Shown: piece after piece, positions 38,465-49,299 of the stretch | How the letters are laid out: each line of letters starts with the position of its first letter | Position numbering within the stretch: the first letter of the stretch is position 1 | Source: Blastocatellia bacterium | GTDB lineage: Bacteria > Acidobacteriota > Blastocatellia > UBA7656 | Length of the DNA stretch: 64,000 bases | Assembly (NCBI GenBank): GCA_963765495.1 | Contig: CAVXWP010000001.1 | Location: forward strand, 512,001 to 576,000 | Direction of reading: 5' to 3' | Translations under genes and position numbers: made by a program | Notes under the pieces: generated by a model | What the model was told of the DNA's origin: nothing | Databases searched by the model: none | What the model saw: the letters and a program-made list of their open reading frames with translations, nothing else

Positions 38465-41356
38465 ATGCAAGACGACCCCCTCTTTGATGATTCGATAATA
38501 GATGTCAATCCACGAAAGCGCAAAATCTGGGTTTACATTTTACTGGTCCTGGTGGCCGCAAGCTTTCTGTTCGGCTCCGAGCTTATCGGCATCTATATAG
38601 ACGCGCTGTGGTTTTCCTCTCTCGGCTACAGCGATGTCTACTGGTACAAGTTTCGTCTGGGCGGGCTGCTTTTTGCCGCCTTCCTCGTACTGACTTTCCT
38701 GATTATGCGGCTGCCTTTTCTGGCCTTGAACCGCGTTCTGCCGCAATTGACCGAGCGTCCGCGATTGCGTCTGACATCGGTCGAAGACCTCAAGGAGATA
38801 AACTTTTTACCGCTCATCTACCGCCCCGGTGTGTGGCTGCTGTCGCTTGCCGTAGCGGTGCTTTCGGCCTTGAGCATGAGCCAGGCATGGCCTGCCTTTG
38901 CACTCTATTTAAACGGAGCCCCGGCCGGGGTGAGCGATCCCGTCTTTAACCGCGACGTGAGTTTTTACCTGTTCAAATTGCCGGTCTTTGAGATGCTCGC
39001 CGGATGGGTGTTGACCCTCGCCTTTATACTCTTTCTGGTCTTTACGGCGGCGGCCGGTTACGTCTGGTACATGGAAAAAGTCCAGGGTTTTGCGACCGCA
39101 GACACGCGCCGCCGCGCGACTTTAGCCATCAGCGTCGCCGGAAGTTTTCTCGCGCTTGCGTTTGCCCTTACAACATACTTTGATCGCTATGATCTTCTAA
39201 GCAGTCAGAACGATCTCTTCACCGGAATAAACTACACCGATGCAAATGTGCGGCTGCCCGCGCTGAATGTGATGGTAGTGGCGCTGATTCTGGTAGCGAT
39301 AGCGCTCGTTGTAAACGCAATCGTATTGAAGCGACCGCGCGTGATCGCGTGGGCCGCAGCCTTTGTCGTAGCCGTGTGGCTTGTTGGGATCGTAGCCATC
39401 CCGCAGGCAGTTCATTCATTTTCAGTCAAGCCAAACGAACTGGCTAAAGAGACGCCTTACATCCAAAACAACATAGAGATGACCCGGCGGGCTTTCGCCA
39501 TCGACCGCTTTCAGGAGACGCCTTTTCAGCCCGCGCCCACGCTTACGCCCGATCAGATTCGGGCCAATCAGTCTACGATTGACAATATAAGGCTGTGGGA
39601 CCCGGACGCCTTGAAATCGACCTTCAGCCAGATTCAGGAGATACGCACCTATTACGAATTCAAAGTTCCAGACATCGACCGTTACCTGATGAACGGGAAA
39701 CTGAGACAGGTGATGCTTGCGGCGCGCGAGATGAACGTAGAGCAGTTGCCGCCGCAATCCAAGAACTGGATAAATCAGCATCTGGTTTATACGCACGGTT
39801 ACGGCGTGGCGATGAGCACCGTAAACGAATTCACGCCCGAAGGACTGCCGCACCTCGTGTTAAAGAACATGCCGGTCGAAAGCGATGTGCCTGAAATCAA
39901 GGTCACGCAGCCTGAAATCTATTTCGGCGAATCGACAAACCTGCACGTCTATGTAAACACAAAACCGCAAGGCAGCACTCCTCAACCCGAATTCAATTAC
40001 CCGGCGTCGGATGAAGAGGCTTCCTACAGCATGTATCAGGGCAAGGCGGGGATACCCGTAGGGGGAGTCTTTCGCCAGTCGGCGCTGGCCTTTTATCTCG
40101 GAGACAATACCAAGCTTCTGTTTTCCGACTATATCACCCCGGAAAGCCGCGTCATCCTCCATCGCAACGTGAGCGAACGTGTCAGCAAGCTCGCGCCGTT
40201 TCTGATGTTTGAGTCCGACCCTTACATCGTCATCAACGGCGAGGGAAAACTCTATTGGATTATAGACGCCTTCACCTACTCGGATCGCTATCCGTACTCG
40301 ACCGGCTATCGCACAGGAGGGCTTGGCGTCAACTATATTCGCAACTCGGTCAAAGCGGTCGTTGATGCCTATAACGGCGATGTGACTTTTTACGTCTTCG
40401 AGCCCGATGACCCCATTATCAAGTCGTATGAAAACATATTTCCGGGGCTGTTTCACCCGCGCAGCGAAATGCCGGAAGACTTGCAGACGCATATAAGATA
40501 CCCCGATCTGCTCGCGGATGTGCAGGCCCGCGTCTATGCGCTCTATCAGATGCGAAACCCGCAGACCTTCTATAATCGCGAAGACCTGTGGGCGATTCCG
40601 GCTCTTGAAACTCAGCCAAACACAGAGCCTGTCCCAATGCAGCCTTATTACGTGCTGATGCAGTTGCCCAGGGAGGAAGAAGAACTCGAATTCGTCTCCA
40701 TCCTGCCCTTTACGCCCGCGGGCAAAGACAGAAACAACATGATCGGATGGATGGCCGCCCGCTCAAACCCGGAATATTATGGTCAGACTTTGATATTCAG
40801 CTTTCCGAAAAACCTGACCGTGGCAGGCCCGGCGCAGATAAAGGCGCGCGTAAATCAGGACGCGCAATTGTCGGGACAGATCACGCTCTGGAACCAGCAA
40901 GGCTCGCGCGTGCTGCGGGGCAATCTTCAGGTGATTCCCGTGGCCGACTCGCTGCTCTATATAGAGCCGTTTTACCTGCAAGCTGAGAACTCTCCCCTGC
41001 CCGAGCTGCGGCAGGTAGCCGTGGCCACGCAGGACCGTCTCGCCACAGGAAAGACGTTTGACGAGGCCTTGAGGTCGTTGTTCACAGAGCTGTCGGCGCA
41101 GACCCCGGCTCAGGTTGCGCAAGCAGCCGAGCAGCCAAAGCCCACACCCTCGGGGCAGCCCGCCCCGCCTGCCGGGAAGCAGGTTTCCCCGCCACCCGCG
41201 GCAACTGACGCGGCACGGCTCGCCGCTCAGGCTCAACAACTGCTCGCCGATTATGAGCGCCTGACCGCCGAGGGCCGTCACCGTGAAGCGGGCGAAAAAC
41301 TGGATCAGTTGAAGCAAACCCTTGCCGAGATGAATCGAAACCGGGGAGGCGGATAG
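38465..41356 (+). CDS. UPF0182 family membrane protein
   Basis: DALWF, DPVFNRDVSFYLF, NIRLWD, HLVYTHGYG and NYIRNSVKAVVDAY motifs. Confidence 0.93.
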   Translation: MQDDPLFDDSIIDVNPRKRKIWVYILLVLVAASFLFGSELIGIYIDALWFSSLGYSDVYWYKFRLGGLLFAAFLVLTFLIMRLPFLALNRVLPQLTERPRLRLTSVEDLKEINFLPLIYRPGVWLLSLAVAVLSALSMSQAWPAFALYLNGAPAGVSDPVFNRDVSFYLFKLPVFEMLAGWVLTLAFILFLVFTAAAGYVWYMEKVQGFATADTRRRATLAISVAGSFLALAFALTTYFDRYDLLSSQNDLFTGINYTDANVRLPALNVMVVALILVAIALVVNAIVLKRPRVIAWAAAFVVAVWLVGIVAIPQAVHSFSVKPNELAKETPYIQNNIEMTRRAFAIDRFQETPFQPAPTLTPDQIRANQSTIDNIRLWDPDALKSTFSQIQEIRTYYEFKVPDIDRYLMNGKLRQVMLAAREMNVEQLPPQSKNWINQHLVYTHGYGVAMSTVNEFTPEGLPHLVLKNMPVESDVPEIKVTQPEIYFGESTNLHVYVNTKPQGSTPQPEFNYPASDEEASYSMYQGKAGIPVGGVFRQSALAFYLGDNTKLLFSDYITPESRVILHRNVSERVSKLAPFLMFESDPYIVINGEGKLYWIIDAFTYSDRYPYSTGYRTGGLGVNYIRNSVKAVVDAYNGDVTFYVFEPDDPIIKSYENIFPGLFHPRSEMPEDLQTHIRYPDLLADVQARVYALYQMRNPQTFYNREDLWAIPALETQPNTEPVPMQPYYVLMQLPREEEELEFVSILPFTPAGKDRNNMIGWMAARSNPEYYGQTLIFSFPKNLTVAGPAQIKARVNQDAQLSGQITLWNQQGSRVLRGNLQVIPVADSLLYIEPFYLQAENSPLPELRQVAVATQDRLATGKTFDEALRSLFTELSAQTPAQVAQAAEQPKPTPSGQPAPPAGKQVSPPPAATDAARLAAQAQQLLADYERLTAEGRHREAGEKLDQLKQTLAEMNRNRGGG

Positions 41357-41469
41357 CGCACGAGTCCCGGCAAACATGTGCGATTTTGCAAATGGCGACG
41401 GGGCTATTTCGGCTTTGGTGTATAATGTCGGGTCAAGCTCCGACCGAGGCAGATGACCGGAGCGGTTGC

Positions 41470-41498
41470 TTGACACTCATCAGTGCATAAATTAAGAT
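41470..41498 (+). promoter_or_regulatory. Sigma70-type promoter of the RodZ-like gene
   Basis: TTGACA-17 nt-TAAGAT. Confidence 0.65.
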
Positions 41499-41561
41499 GA
41501 AGAACGGTTTAATACTTCATTTTATTCACATTTCAAGGGGAGGGGAGATAGATCGGCTAAT

Positions 41562-42413
41562 ATGCCGACACTGGGCGAAGAACTGAGACGTAGGCGCGAA
41601 GAGCGCTCAATTCCGCTTGCCGATATCTCGGAAGCAACCAAGATAGGTACTCGCTTCCTGAAGGCTATCGAGGCGGATAACTATTCGACCCTGCCCGGCG
41701 GTATATTTACTCGATCTTTCATCCGCGCTTATGCCAAAGCCGTAGGCATGAACGAAGATGAAGCCGTAGGACTCTACCAGCAACAGATCACAGGCCCGAG
41801 CACAGATGAGGTATCGCAATCTCCAACTTCCGCTGAAAAAACAGGAAAGCCGGAAAAAACAGAGAAGCCCGAGCCGCGCCGCGCCGAGCCGGTCGTTTTT
41901 CGCTCCGCGTCCACTCGCACAAGCTGGCCCACGATTATCATCGCCGCCGGGATAATCCTCTTTATCGCCATCATAGTCATCGCGCTGGTCAAAAACCTGA
42001 ACAAGGCAAGCAGAGAAAGCGCGGCCTCGAACCCGCCTGCGGTTCAAAGAAATGAGGCGCAGACTCCAGCGCCTACGCCAGAGCCCACGCCTGATCAGAC
42101 CGCCTCGACCGAGCCTGCCGCAGCGTCACAGGTGCCTGCAGGCGAGCCTTTTGTGATAAGCCTGGAAGCTATGGGAAGCGATTGCTGGGTTCGCTATCAG
42201 GTCGATGAACGCAAGCCGAATACTCTGACCGTCAGGCCGGGCATGGCTCTCGATCTTCCACCGGCTGAAAATCAGGTAAAGCTGAACCTCGGCAACACGA
42301 CCGCGCTGAAGTTCAAGATAAATAATCGCGAAGCCAAATTCCCGCCCGACACGCCGAATTTCAAAGCCGTGGTGGTCATATCCCGCGACAACATCCAGGC
42401 ATTCCTCCAGTGA
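41562..42413 (+). CDS. rodZ: RodZ-like cytoskeletal protein (HTH + TM + DUF4115-like)
   Basis: LGEELRRRRE...TKIGTRFLKAIE...LPGGIF.RSFIRAYA; TM helix; C-terminal W...D...LGN. Confidence 0.85.
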   Translation: MPTLGEELRRRREERSIPLADISEATKIGTRFLKAIEADNYSTLPGGIFTRSFIRAYAKAVGMNEDEAVGLYQQQITGPSTDEVSQSPTSAEKTGKPEKTEKPEPRRAEPVVFRSASTRTSWPTIIIAAGIILFIAIIVIALVKNLNKASRESAASNPPAVQRNEAQTPAPTPEPTPDQTASTEPAAASQVPAGEPFVISLEAMGSDCWVRYQVDERKPNTLTVRPGMALDLPPAENQVKLNLGNTTALKFKINNREAKFPPDTPNFKAVVVISRDNIQAFLQ

Positions 42414-42441
42414 AGCCCGAGGCTTTTAATAGTTCAGCATT

Positions 42442-42509
42442 GCCACAGAGGCACCGCAGGCACAGAGAAAAGATTATAAATAGCTCTGTGCCTGCGGTGC
42501 CTCTGTGGC
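42442..42509. repeat. Nonamer-based perfect 26-bp inverted repeat
   Basis: GCCACAGAGGCACCGCAGGCACAGAG / CTCTGTGCCTGCGGTGCCTCTGTGGC. Confidence 0.9.
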
Positions 42510-42644
42510 GAGTTTCTCTCCTTTCTTAACAGATGCCCGGGTTTGCCTGTATTGCGCCTCGCCCATCGCTGATGTAGTATCGAACCTGCGAGCGCGAAAG
42601 AACCGTTGCCTTCGCTCAAATCACTTACCGAGAGGATCAGGAAA

Positions 42645-43928
42645 ATGACTACTGCGATGAACAAATCGCTTGCCGAAGCTGACCCGGAAATAGCCCGCGC
42701 CATAGCCGATGAAGAGCGGCGACTTGCCTATAACCTCGAGATGATCGCCAGTGAAAATTTCGTCTCGGAGGCCGTGCTCGAAGCCCTCGGGTCGGTGCTG
42801 ACAAACAAGTATGCAGAAGGCTATCCGGGCAAACGCTACTACGGCGGCTGCGAGTTTGTTGACGTGGCGGAGAACATCGCTCGCGACCGGGCCAAACAGA
42901 TATTTGGTTGCGAGCACGTAAATGTGCAGCCGCATTCGGGCTCGCAGGCGAATATGGCCGTCTATCTGGCGGCGCTCGATTACGGCGACACCATCCTTGG
43001 CATGAACCTCGCGCACGGCGGCCACCTCACTCACGGGCATCCTCTCAACTTCTCGGGCCGCAGCTACAAGATAGTGCCCTACGGGGTCACGGCAGATACC
43101 GAAGAGATAGATTACGACGAGCTTGAGCGTCTGGCCCACGAACATAAACCTAAGCTGATACTGTGCGGCGCATCGGCTTACTCGCGCATAATCGATTTCG
43201 AGCGCATAGGCCGTATTGCCCGCGACGTCGGCGCTTATTCGATGGCCGACATCGCTCACATCGCCGGACTCGTGGCCGCAGGGCTCCATCCAAGCCCGAT
43301 CCCGCACATGGATTTCGTCACCACGACCACGCACAAGACCTTGCGCGGCCCGCGAGCAGGAATGGTGATGTGCCGCGAACAGTTTCAAAAAGAGATAGAC
43401 CGCGCTGTCTTCCCAACCATTCAAGGCGGCCCGCTGATGCACGTCATAGCAGCGAAGGCCGTTTGCTTCAAAGAGGCTCTGGAAGCCGATTTCAAGCAGT
43501 ATCAACAGCAGGTGATAGCAAATGCCCGCGTGCTTGCCGAAGAGCTTCAAAACGCGGGGTTCCGCGTCGTCTCCGGCGGAACCGACAACCACCTGATGCT
43601 CGTTAACGTTTTCGTGCGAGGGCTGACCGGGGCTCAGGCAGAACGTGCGCTCGAACGAGCAGCCATAACCGTAAACAAAAACGCTATTCCTTTCGACACC
43701 CAGCCGCCGATGAAAGCATCCGGCATCCGCATAGGCACACCGGCGCTTACGACTCGCGGGATGAAGGAAGAAGAGATGCGACAGATTGCCGGGTGGATCA
43801 GCGAAACGCTCGGCGATCACGAAAACGAAACGGTGCAGGAAAGCATTCGCGGTAAGGTGAAAGAGTTGTGCGAACGTTTCCCGATTTACGAGCAGCGACT
43901 TATGCGCAGCCGCGCGCAATATTCGTGA
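42645..43928 (+). CDS. glyA: Serine hydroxymethyltransferase
   Basis: [34 protein letters not shown] (PLP lysine). Confidence 0.98.
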   Translation: MTTAMNKSLAEADPEIARAIADEERRLAYNLEMIASENFVSEAVLEALGSVLTNKYAEGYPGKRYYGGCEFVDVAENIARDRAKQIFGCEHVNVQPHSGSQANMAVYLAALDYGDTILGMNLAHGGHLTHGHPLNFSGRSYKIVPYGVTADTEEIDYDELERLAHEHKPKLILCGASAYSRIIDFERIGRIARDVGAYSMADIAHIAGLVAAGLHPSPIPHMDFVTTTTHKTLRGPRAGMVMCREQFQKEIDRAVFPTIQGGPLMHVIAAKAVCFKEALEADFKQYQQQVIANARVLAEELQNAGFRVVSGGTDNHLMLVNVFVRGLTGAQAERALERAAITVNKNAIPFDTQPPMKASGIRIGTPALTTRGMKEEEMRQIAGWISETLGDHENETVQESIRGKVKELCERFPIYEQRLMRSRAQYS

Positions 43929-44013
43929 TCCGTGATCCGTGATTTACCAGACTTGCCAGTTGTAATTGACAGGCAGGCTCGCTTAAAGTCACGCATCACA
44001 AATCACTTATCAC
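43921..44013. repeat. Heptamer tandem-inverted-repeat element, copy D
   Basis: attcgtgatccgtgatccgtgat ... tcacgcatcacaaatcac; core accagacttg shared with copy A; contains the glyA stop. Confidence 0.85.
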
Positions 44014-44020
44014 TTTTTAT

Positions 44021-45970
44021 ATGGAAGAAGTATTCGGTCCCGGCGGGTTGATTGCTCGCTATCATCCAAACTACGAATACAGACCCGGCCAGGTCGAGAT
44101 GGCCGAGGCCGTGTGTGATACCCTCACACACGGCGGCATAGCTCTGATCGAAGCGGGCACGGGCACGGGCAAGACGCTCGCCTATCTGATACCGGCGCTT
44201 GCCACAGGCCATCGCGTGATCGTGGCTACGGCGACCAAAAATTTACAGGAACAGCTTTACAAAAAAGACATCCCCTTTCTGCAAAAGATCATCCCGCGAA
44301 AATTCAAGGCTATCTGCATGAAGGGCAGGTCGAATTACGTATGCCTGCACAAGCTGAAGAAGGCCGACGAGATGCCCATACTTCAAGGGCTTGAGGATGT
44401 GGATTATTTCGACGAGATTCGGCGATGGGCGGCAGAGACCGAAACCGGCGACCGCGCGGAGCTTACGGAACTGCCCGAGAACCTCTCGTTCTGGCCTCAA
44501 ATAGACGCGAGGGCTGAAAGCTGCCTGGGCCAAAAATGCCCCGAATTTGATTCCTGTTTCGTAACACGCATGCGCCGTGAAGCGATGGAATCCGACGTAG
44601 TCATAGTCAATCATCATCTCTTCTTTGCCGATCTCGCGCTTCGAGGCGGCGACTACGGCGCGGTGCTGCCCGATTACTCGACCGTCATCTTTGATGAAGC
44701 CCACGAACTTGAAGACGTTGCCGCATCTTATTTCGGGGCGAGCGTATCCAACTACCGCGTAAACGATCTCATTCAGGATACACAAAAGCTCGCAATAACC
44801 GAGCCTGACCGGGCAAGCGATCTGACAAAAGCTCTTGCGCGTCTGGCCCAGCGAAGCGACGGGTTCTGGCTCTCGTTTCGCGGCGACATCTCAGGGCGAA
44901 ACATGCCCGATGTCCGTGACACGATCAGCGAAAACCATTTCGTACGCCAGGACCGCGAAGGCAATTACACGCCTACGGCGGCAGGCGAAGCATACATCGG
45001 ACTGTCGCAGGCGCTCGACCGATTGATCGCTGCCCTGGGCGTGGTCAAAGACCCGCCGCCCGAACTGGACAACCTTTTGCGACGAGCCGAGACCTTGAAA
45101 TTCGAGCTTGAATTTATAGTCACGCACGAAGACCCGAGCTTTGTTTACTGGTATGAGAAGCGAGGGCGCGGCGTATTTGTACACGCCACTCCGATTGACG
45201 TGTCGGGGATTCTGGAAGAGAAGCTTTTTTCAAACGTGCAGAGCGCCGTGCTGACTTCGGCCACTATGACAGCGGGCGGCAGCTTCGATTTTATAAAGAC
45301 CCGCCTCGGCATTCGCGAAGGGCAGGCGCTTGTTGTCGAATCGCATTTCGATTTCGAAAATCAAGCCGTCCTTTACCTGCCCCAGCGCATGCCCGACCCG
45401 CGCAGCCGCGAGTTCCTGGAGGCTTCGGTCGAAGAGATAGTGCAAATACTTGAAGTCACACACGGACGCGCGTTTGTGCTCTTTACGAGCGTATCTTCCA
45501 TGCGCCAGACATACGAACAGGTGCGCGGCCTCGTCGAATATCCCATATTCATTCAGGGACAGGGATCAAAGATCGGTTTGCTCGAACGATTCCGCAGGAC
45601 CGAAGGCGCTGTGCTGTTTGCGACTTCTTCATTCTGGCAGGGCGTAGACGTGCAGGGCGAAGCTCTCTCTTGCGTGATAATTTCAAAGCTTCCGTTTGCG
45701 GTCCCGTCCGACCCGGTCGTTGCGGCGCGGCAGAAATATATCGATAATCAGGGCGGCAACTCTTTTTTTGAATACTCAGTGCCGGAAGCGATAATAACCT
45801 TGAAGCAGGGGCTTGGCCGGTTGATTCGCTCCGCGACTGATCGCGGTGTGCTTTCGATTTTAGACCCCCGGCTCAAGACTAAAGCTTACGGCTCTATGTT
45901 TCTGGCGAGCCTCCCGCCGTGCCGCGTGATTCGAAGGATAGAAGAAGCCGCCGCGATTTTTGAAGAATAA
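44021..45970 (+). CDS. dinG: ATP-dependent DNA helicase, DinG/YoaA family
   Basis: EAGTGTGKT, KGRSNYVC (Fe-S Cys), DEAH, FWQGVDV and KQGLGRLIR motifs. Confidence 0.93.
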   Translation: MEEVFGPGGLIARYHPNYEYRPGQVEMAEAVCDTLTHGGIALIEAGTGTGKTLAYLIPALATGHRVIVATATKNLQEQLYKKDIPFLQKIIPRKFKAICMKGRSNYVCLHKLKKADEMPILQGLEDVDYFDEIRRWAAETETGDRAELTELPENLSFWPQIDARAESCLGQKCPEFDSCFVTRMRREAMESDVVIVNHHLFFADLALRGGDYGAVLPDYSTVIFDEAHELEDVAASYFGASVSNYRVNDLIQDTQKLAITEPDRASDLTKALARLAQRSDGFWLSFRGDISGRNMPDVRDTISENHFVRQDREGNYTPTAAGEAYIGLSQALDRLIAALGVVKDPPPELDNLLRRAETLKFELEFIVTHEDPSFVYWYEKRGRGVFVHATPIDVSGILEEKLFSNVQSAVLTSATMTAGGSFDFIKTRLGIREGQALVVESHFDFENQAVLYLPQRMPDPRSREFLEASVEEIVQILEVTHGRAFVLFTSVSSMRQTYEQVRGLVEYPIFIQGQGSKIGLLERFRRTEGAVLFATSSFWQGVDVQGEALSCVIISKLPFAVPSDPVVAARQKYIDNQGGNSFFEYSVPEAIITLKQGLGRLIRSATDRGVLSILDPRLKTKAYGSMFLASLPPCRVIRRIEEAAAIFEE

Positions 45971-45996
45971 TAATTGAATAACCGAGGTGTTCACCT

Positions 45997-47703
45997 ATGG
46001 ACCTGAAGTCGCTTACTCGCGCAGATGTTCGAGACATCGCCGACAGCCTCCAGATTTTCCAGCGGGGCGAACAGTATCACGCAACGGGGGCCGTATACCA
46101 AATGCGGGTCTCGCCCGGCGAAATCACCGCCAGAGTGCGCGGCAATTACGGCAGCTACACTACAACTATCCTCGACGATTCAGGCTTTCTTGAGACCGAT
46201 TGCGATTGTCCTTATGACGGGGACGTGTGCAAGCATATAGTCGCCGTCCTGCTCAATTATCTCGAAGGAGGCGAGCAAGCCGTAGAACCTGCCGGACGGG
46301 AAGTCCCCGAGGCGCTCAAACAGACGCTCGCGGCGATGACGCACGAGCAGTTGCTCGACCTGATATTAAATCTTGCCGGCGAACGCAGCGATTTTCGCCG
46401 TGTGCTGCTTGCCAATGTAAATGTATCTTCCGAGATCATCGGCCAGATGCCGGAAGATCCCGAACAGGTTAAAAACCTCAAACGGCAGATCACAGATTTC
46501 TTTAACGAGGTGCAAAATCGCTCTCTCTATGACGACGGCTATTATTACCAGGAATATGATGAAGGTGAAAAATACCCTGAACTTGAACCGATCTTCGAGA
46601 CGGCGCGTATGCTAAATCCCGCAGACCAGATAGAAGTGTTCTGGCACGTCTTGACCTCGGCCAACAGCATGTTTGAAGAGTATCCGATAGGGACCGATCA
46701 GATCGAAGAAGCCATAGGCTTATATGCCGAGGCCGCCCGCGAACTGAACCTCCCGGAAGAGGGCAAACACCCCTTTCTCGATTCGCTTGTGAGCGTGCTC
46801 GGTTGGGAAATGGCTGAATACGGCAACATCATAGAAGCATTGAAAGGATCGCTTGATGCGATTTGCAAAGACCGGGAAGATTACATCTATTTGATAGGCA
46901 GGCTCCAGAAGAGCGATCACCTACAGGCCCCGGATTGGATAGCCCATTACTATCTGGCGATGGGAGATGAAGAGAATTACCTGCGAGTGCGGCAGAAAAA
47001 TCTTGAGACCGAAAGCCAGTATGTCGAACTGGCCGATTACTGGGAGAGCAAAGGAGAGCACCACAAATACATCGCCACTCTCGAAGAGTGGGTAGAGAAT
47101 CTTTACTCGACCAGAGGCGATGCTGAATTCAGATTTTATGGGTACGCAACAAGGGGCGAATTTGGCAGCGCGCTCAACAGACTTGCCGATCACTACAACC
47201 GCGTGCGAGACGACGATAATCTATGTCGCGTGTTGATGGCCGTAGCCGAGTTCTACCGATTCCCTATGGATTTGTACAGGCAGATAAAAGAGGTCTCTCG
47301 AAGGACGGGGAGATGGGAAGAGGCGCGGTCCGCGCTTATCGAGATAGCCAAGCGCGACACCGAAACCCTTGCAAAGATATATCTGTACGAAGAAGACTGG
47401 GAAGCGGCGCTTCAACTGGCGAACCAGAAGGGGATTTATGAGCCGGTGCGGATACTGGTCGCCGACGGCGTGAAAGAGCATTATCCGAAAGAGGCTATAG
47501 AGATTTATCAAAAACTGGTTCAGGACAACATAGACCGGCAAAGCCGCAAGCACTATAAAACGGCCGCGCACTATGCAGACAAGATCAAGAATATTTACCT
47601 GTCTATCCTGAATGATGAAGAAGGGTGGCAGCGTTACGTGACTCAGGTTCGCAATCGCTATCCTCGCCATACGGCTCTTCAGGACGAATTCCGGCGTCTG
47701 TAA
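45997..47703 (+). CDS. SWIM zinc-finger protein with helical-repeat C-terminus
   Basis: ARVRG.Y...CDCPY...CKHIVAV (CxC...CxH). Confidence 0.85.
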   Translation: MDLKSLTRADVRDIADSLQIFQRGEQYHATGAVYQMRVSPGEITARVRGNYGSYTTTILDDSGFLETDCDCPYDGDVCKHIVAVLLNYLEGGEQAVEPAGREVPEALKQTLAAMTHEQLLDLILNLAGERSDFRRVLLANVNVSSEIIGQMPEDPEQVKNLKRQITDFFNEVQNRSLYDDGYYYQEYDEGEKYPELEPIFETARMLNPADQIEVFWHVLTSANSMFEEYPIGTDQIEEAIGLYAEAARELNLPEEGKHPFLDSLVSVLGWEMAEYGNIIEALKGSLDAICKDREDYIYLIGRLQKSDHLQAPDWIAHYYLAMGDEENYLRVRQKNLETESQYVELADYWESKGEHHKYIATLEEWVENLYSTRGDAEFRFYGYATRGEFGSALNRLADHYNRVRDDDNLCRVLMAVAEFYRFPMDLYRQIKEVSRRTGRWEEARSALIEIAKRDTETLAKIYLYEEDWEAALQLANQKGIYEPVRILVADGVKEHYPKEAIEIYQKLVQDNIDRQSRKHYKTAAHYADKIKNIYLSILNDEEGWQRYVTQVRNRYPRHTALQDEFRRL

Positions 47704-47724
47704 AAACGTAAGAGTTCAACACTA

Positions 47725-47774
47725 GCCACAGAGAAAGTATCTTTAAAATCTCTGTGCCTCTGTGGCTCTGTGGC
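47725..47774. repeat. Nonamer-based inverted repeat (CTCTGTGNC family)
   Basis: gccacagaga ... tctctgtgcctctgtggctctgtggc, same family as 42442. Confidence 0.75.
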
Positions 47775-47793
47775 AAATTTTTCACGTCAAGAC

Positions 47794-48990
47794 TCAAGCC
47801 TTGATGGGCCATTTATTATCCGTAAACTGAAGACACAATCGCACAAGGCTGTCTTTGCCCACATACCGATTACGCACACACGCAAGCCCCCTGAATTTAC
47901 CGGCAGTCGAAGTAATTCTCACCCAGTCGAATGCGCCCGGGGCTGCCTTCAGGCAGATGCGAGCACCGCTCAAACTGACATTTTCCGTGACGGCCTGCGT
48001 GTGCTTTACAAGCTTCATCTCTTCATCGAGAAATTCCACTTCAACCGTTTCGGTCAACTCAAAGCGCGGTTCTCGTCTTCGCTCGACGCCGCCCCATTTA
48101 GGAGATCGGAAAGTAGCCCAGGGTTTATCGAGATACCCGGCCGGAGGATGCTCGCCCAGGAATTCAAGCCCTACTACTCTCGCGCCGTCTACAGACGGTT
48201 CTATTCGGCGCACTATCGCGTACACATTATAAGCCGATTCGGAGTGCCCGTGTTTTCTGAGCTTCACCGGCATAGGCATGACCACGTGCAGCACCGAGCC
48301 GTGCCGTACGCGCTCGCGCAAGCGGACGGCAATTCCCATCCAGCTGACATCTATCGTCTTGGTCATCTCTTTCCACTTGCCGTCTTTGCGGTTGTGGCCT
48401 ACGAGGAGCGCCGGTATCGCGAGCTTGAGTCGCTCACACCGTCTGCGATTGGGCGCGGTCTCAGAAGACGCCTTTGTGAAGATGGGGGTTCCGTTTTGCG
48501 GGCTGTTGAGGCTTAAGTCTTCAAGCGCCGCCGAGGGCAGTATGTTTGCGCGGTCACCCGATTTCGGCAGTGGGAGGAAAGGCTCGCTCGCTTCGAGCGA
48601 CGGCAAACTGATCGGGATGGGAGTGTATGAGCGGCGAAGCAGGGATTTGTCGTATTCGATCCTTCGGCGGTGATTGGTGAGAACGGCGAAGGCCTCCGAG
48701 ACCTTGCCGAAAGCCTGATCTATCTTTACAAGCATCTCATCGGGCACGGCGGCTCTGACTTTGTAGTATGAAGGATGAAGCACCATCACCGTGTTCTGGT
48801 ATGCGAGAATAACATCTTCATTTGTAGCCGTGCGCTCAAGGCCAAGAGCCTGGTAATGCGTCGAAGCGTGTTCAACGCGCTCAAGCAGGTATTCGATCTC
48901 AAGATAATAAGAGCTTATCAGTTTTCCTGTATTTCCCTGCATAGGAATCTGCCTTCGGCCGGTTTGTAGTGGTCCGCTTAAATCGCTCAT
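47794..48990 (-). CDS. J-domain-like + tandem PilZ domain protein
   Basis: HYQALGL...AY...HPS...V.EAF.VL...R.EYD; RRRCER + DVSWMG; RRREPR + NVSLSG. Confidence 0.8.
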   Translation of the reverse strand: MSDLSGPLQTGRRQIPMQGNTGKLISSYYLEIEYLLERVEHASTHYQALGLERTATNEDVILAYQNTVMVLHPSYYKVRAAVPDEMLVKIDQAFGKVSEAFAVLTNHRRRIEYDKSLLRRSYTPIPISLPSLEASEPFLPLPKSGDRANILPSAALEDLSLNSPQNGTPIFTKASSETAPNRRRCERLKLAIPALLVGHNRKDGKWKEMTKTIDVSWMGIAVRLRERVRHGSVLHVVMPMPVKLRKHGHSESAYNVYAIVRRIEPSVDGARVVGLEFLGEHPPAGYLDKPWATFRSPKWGGVERRREPRFELTETVEVEFLDEEMKLVKHTQAVTENVSLSGARICLKAAPGAFDWVRITSTAGKFRGLACVRNRYVGKDSLVRLCLQFTDNKWPIKA

Positions 48991-49299
48991 GAGCGCCTCG
49001 AAAAATCTAATGATGTGCAGGATATTTTTTTGGGGGTAGCCGCAAGCTTCTAAAGAATGTTTCCATTATGGATGAGTTCACACATTTGTCAACGGTGTTA
49101 TTAGAGCGATGGTGTTCGCCCTTCCCCACCCGGGTAAGCTAATCTTCAAGCAGGGCCAAAAAGCCTTTCTACGCGCTCAAAAAAATTTTCCGGTGAGTGG
49201 ATTGAAGTCTTATTCTGATCGGTTTTTCATTCTTTTCTCGCCTTGTATAATGACAGGGAATTTAAGGTCGAAATTAACGCCCGCGCAAAAGAGGTGACT

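Noticed and set aside
42510-42644. Possible ZTP/glycine/THF riboswitch upstream of glyA
   Set aside because: No consensus motifs recognised; the nearby hairpin is a nonamer repeat element
42621-43919. 432-aa antisense ORF
   Set aside because: Mirror frame of glyA, typical of GC-rich codon bias; no recognisable motifs
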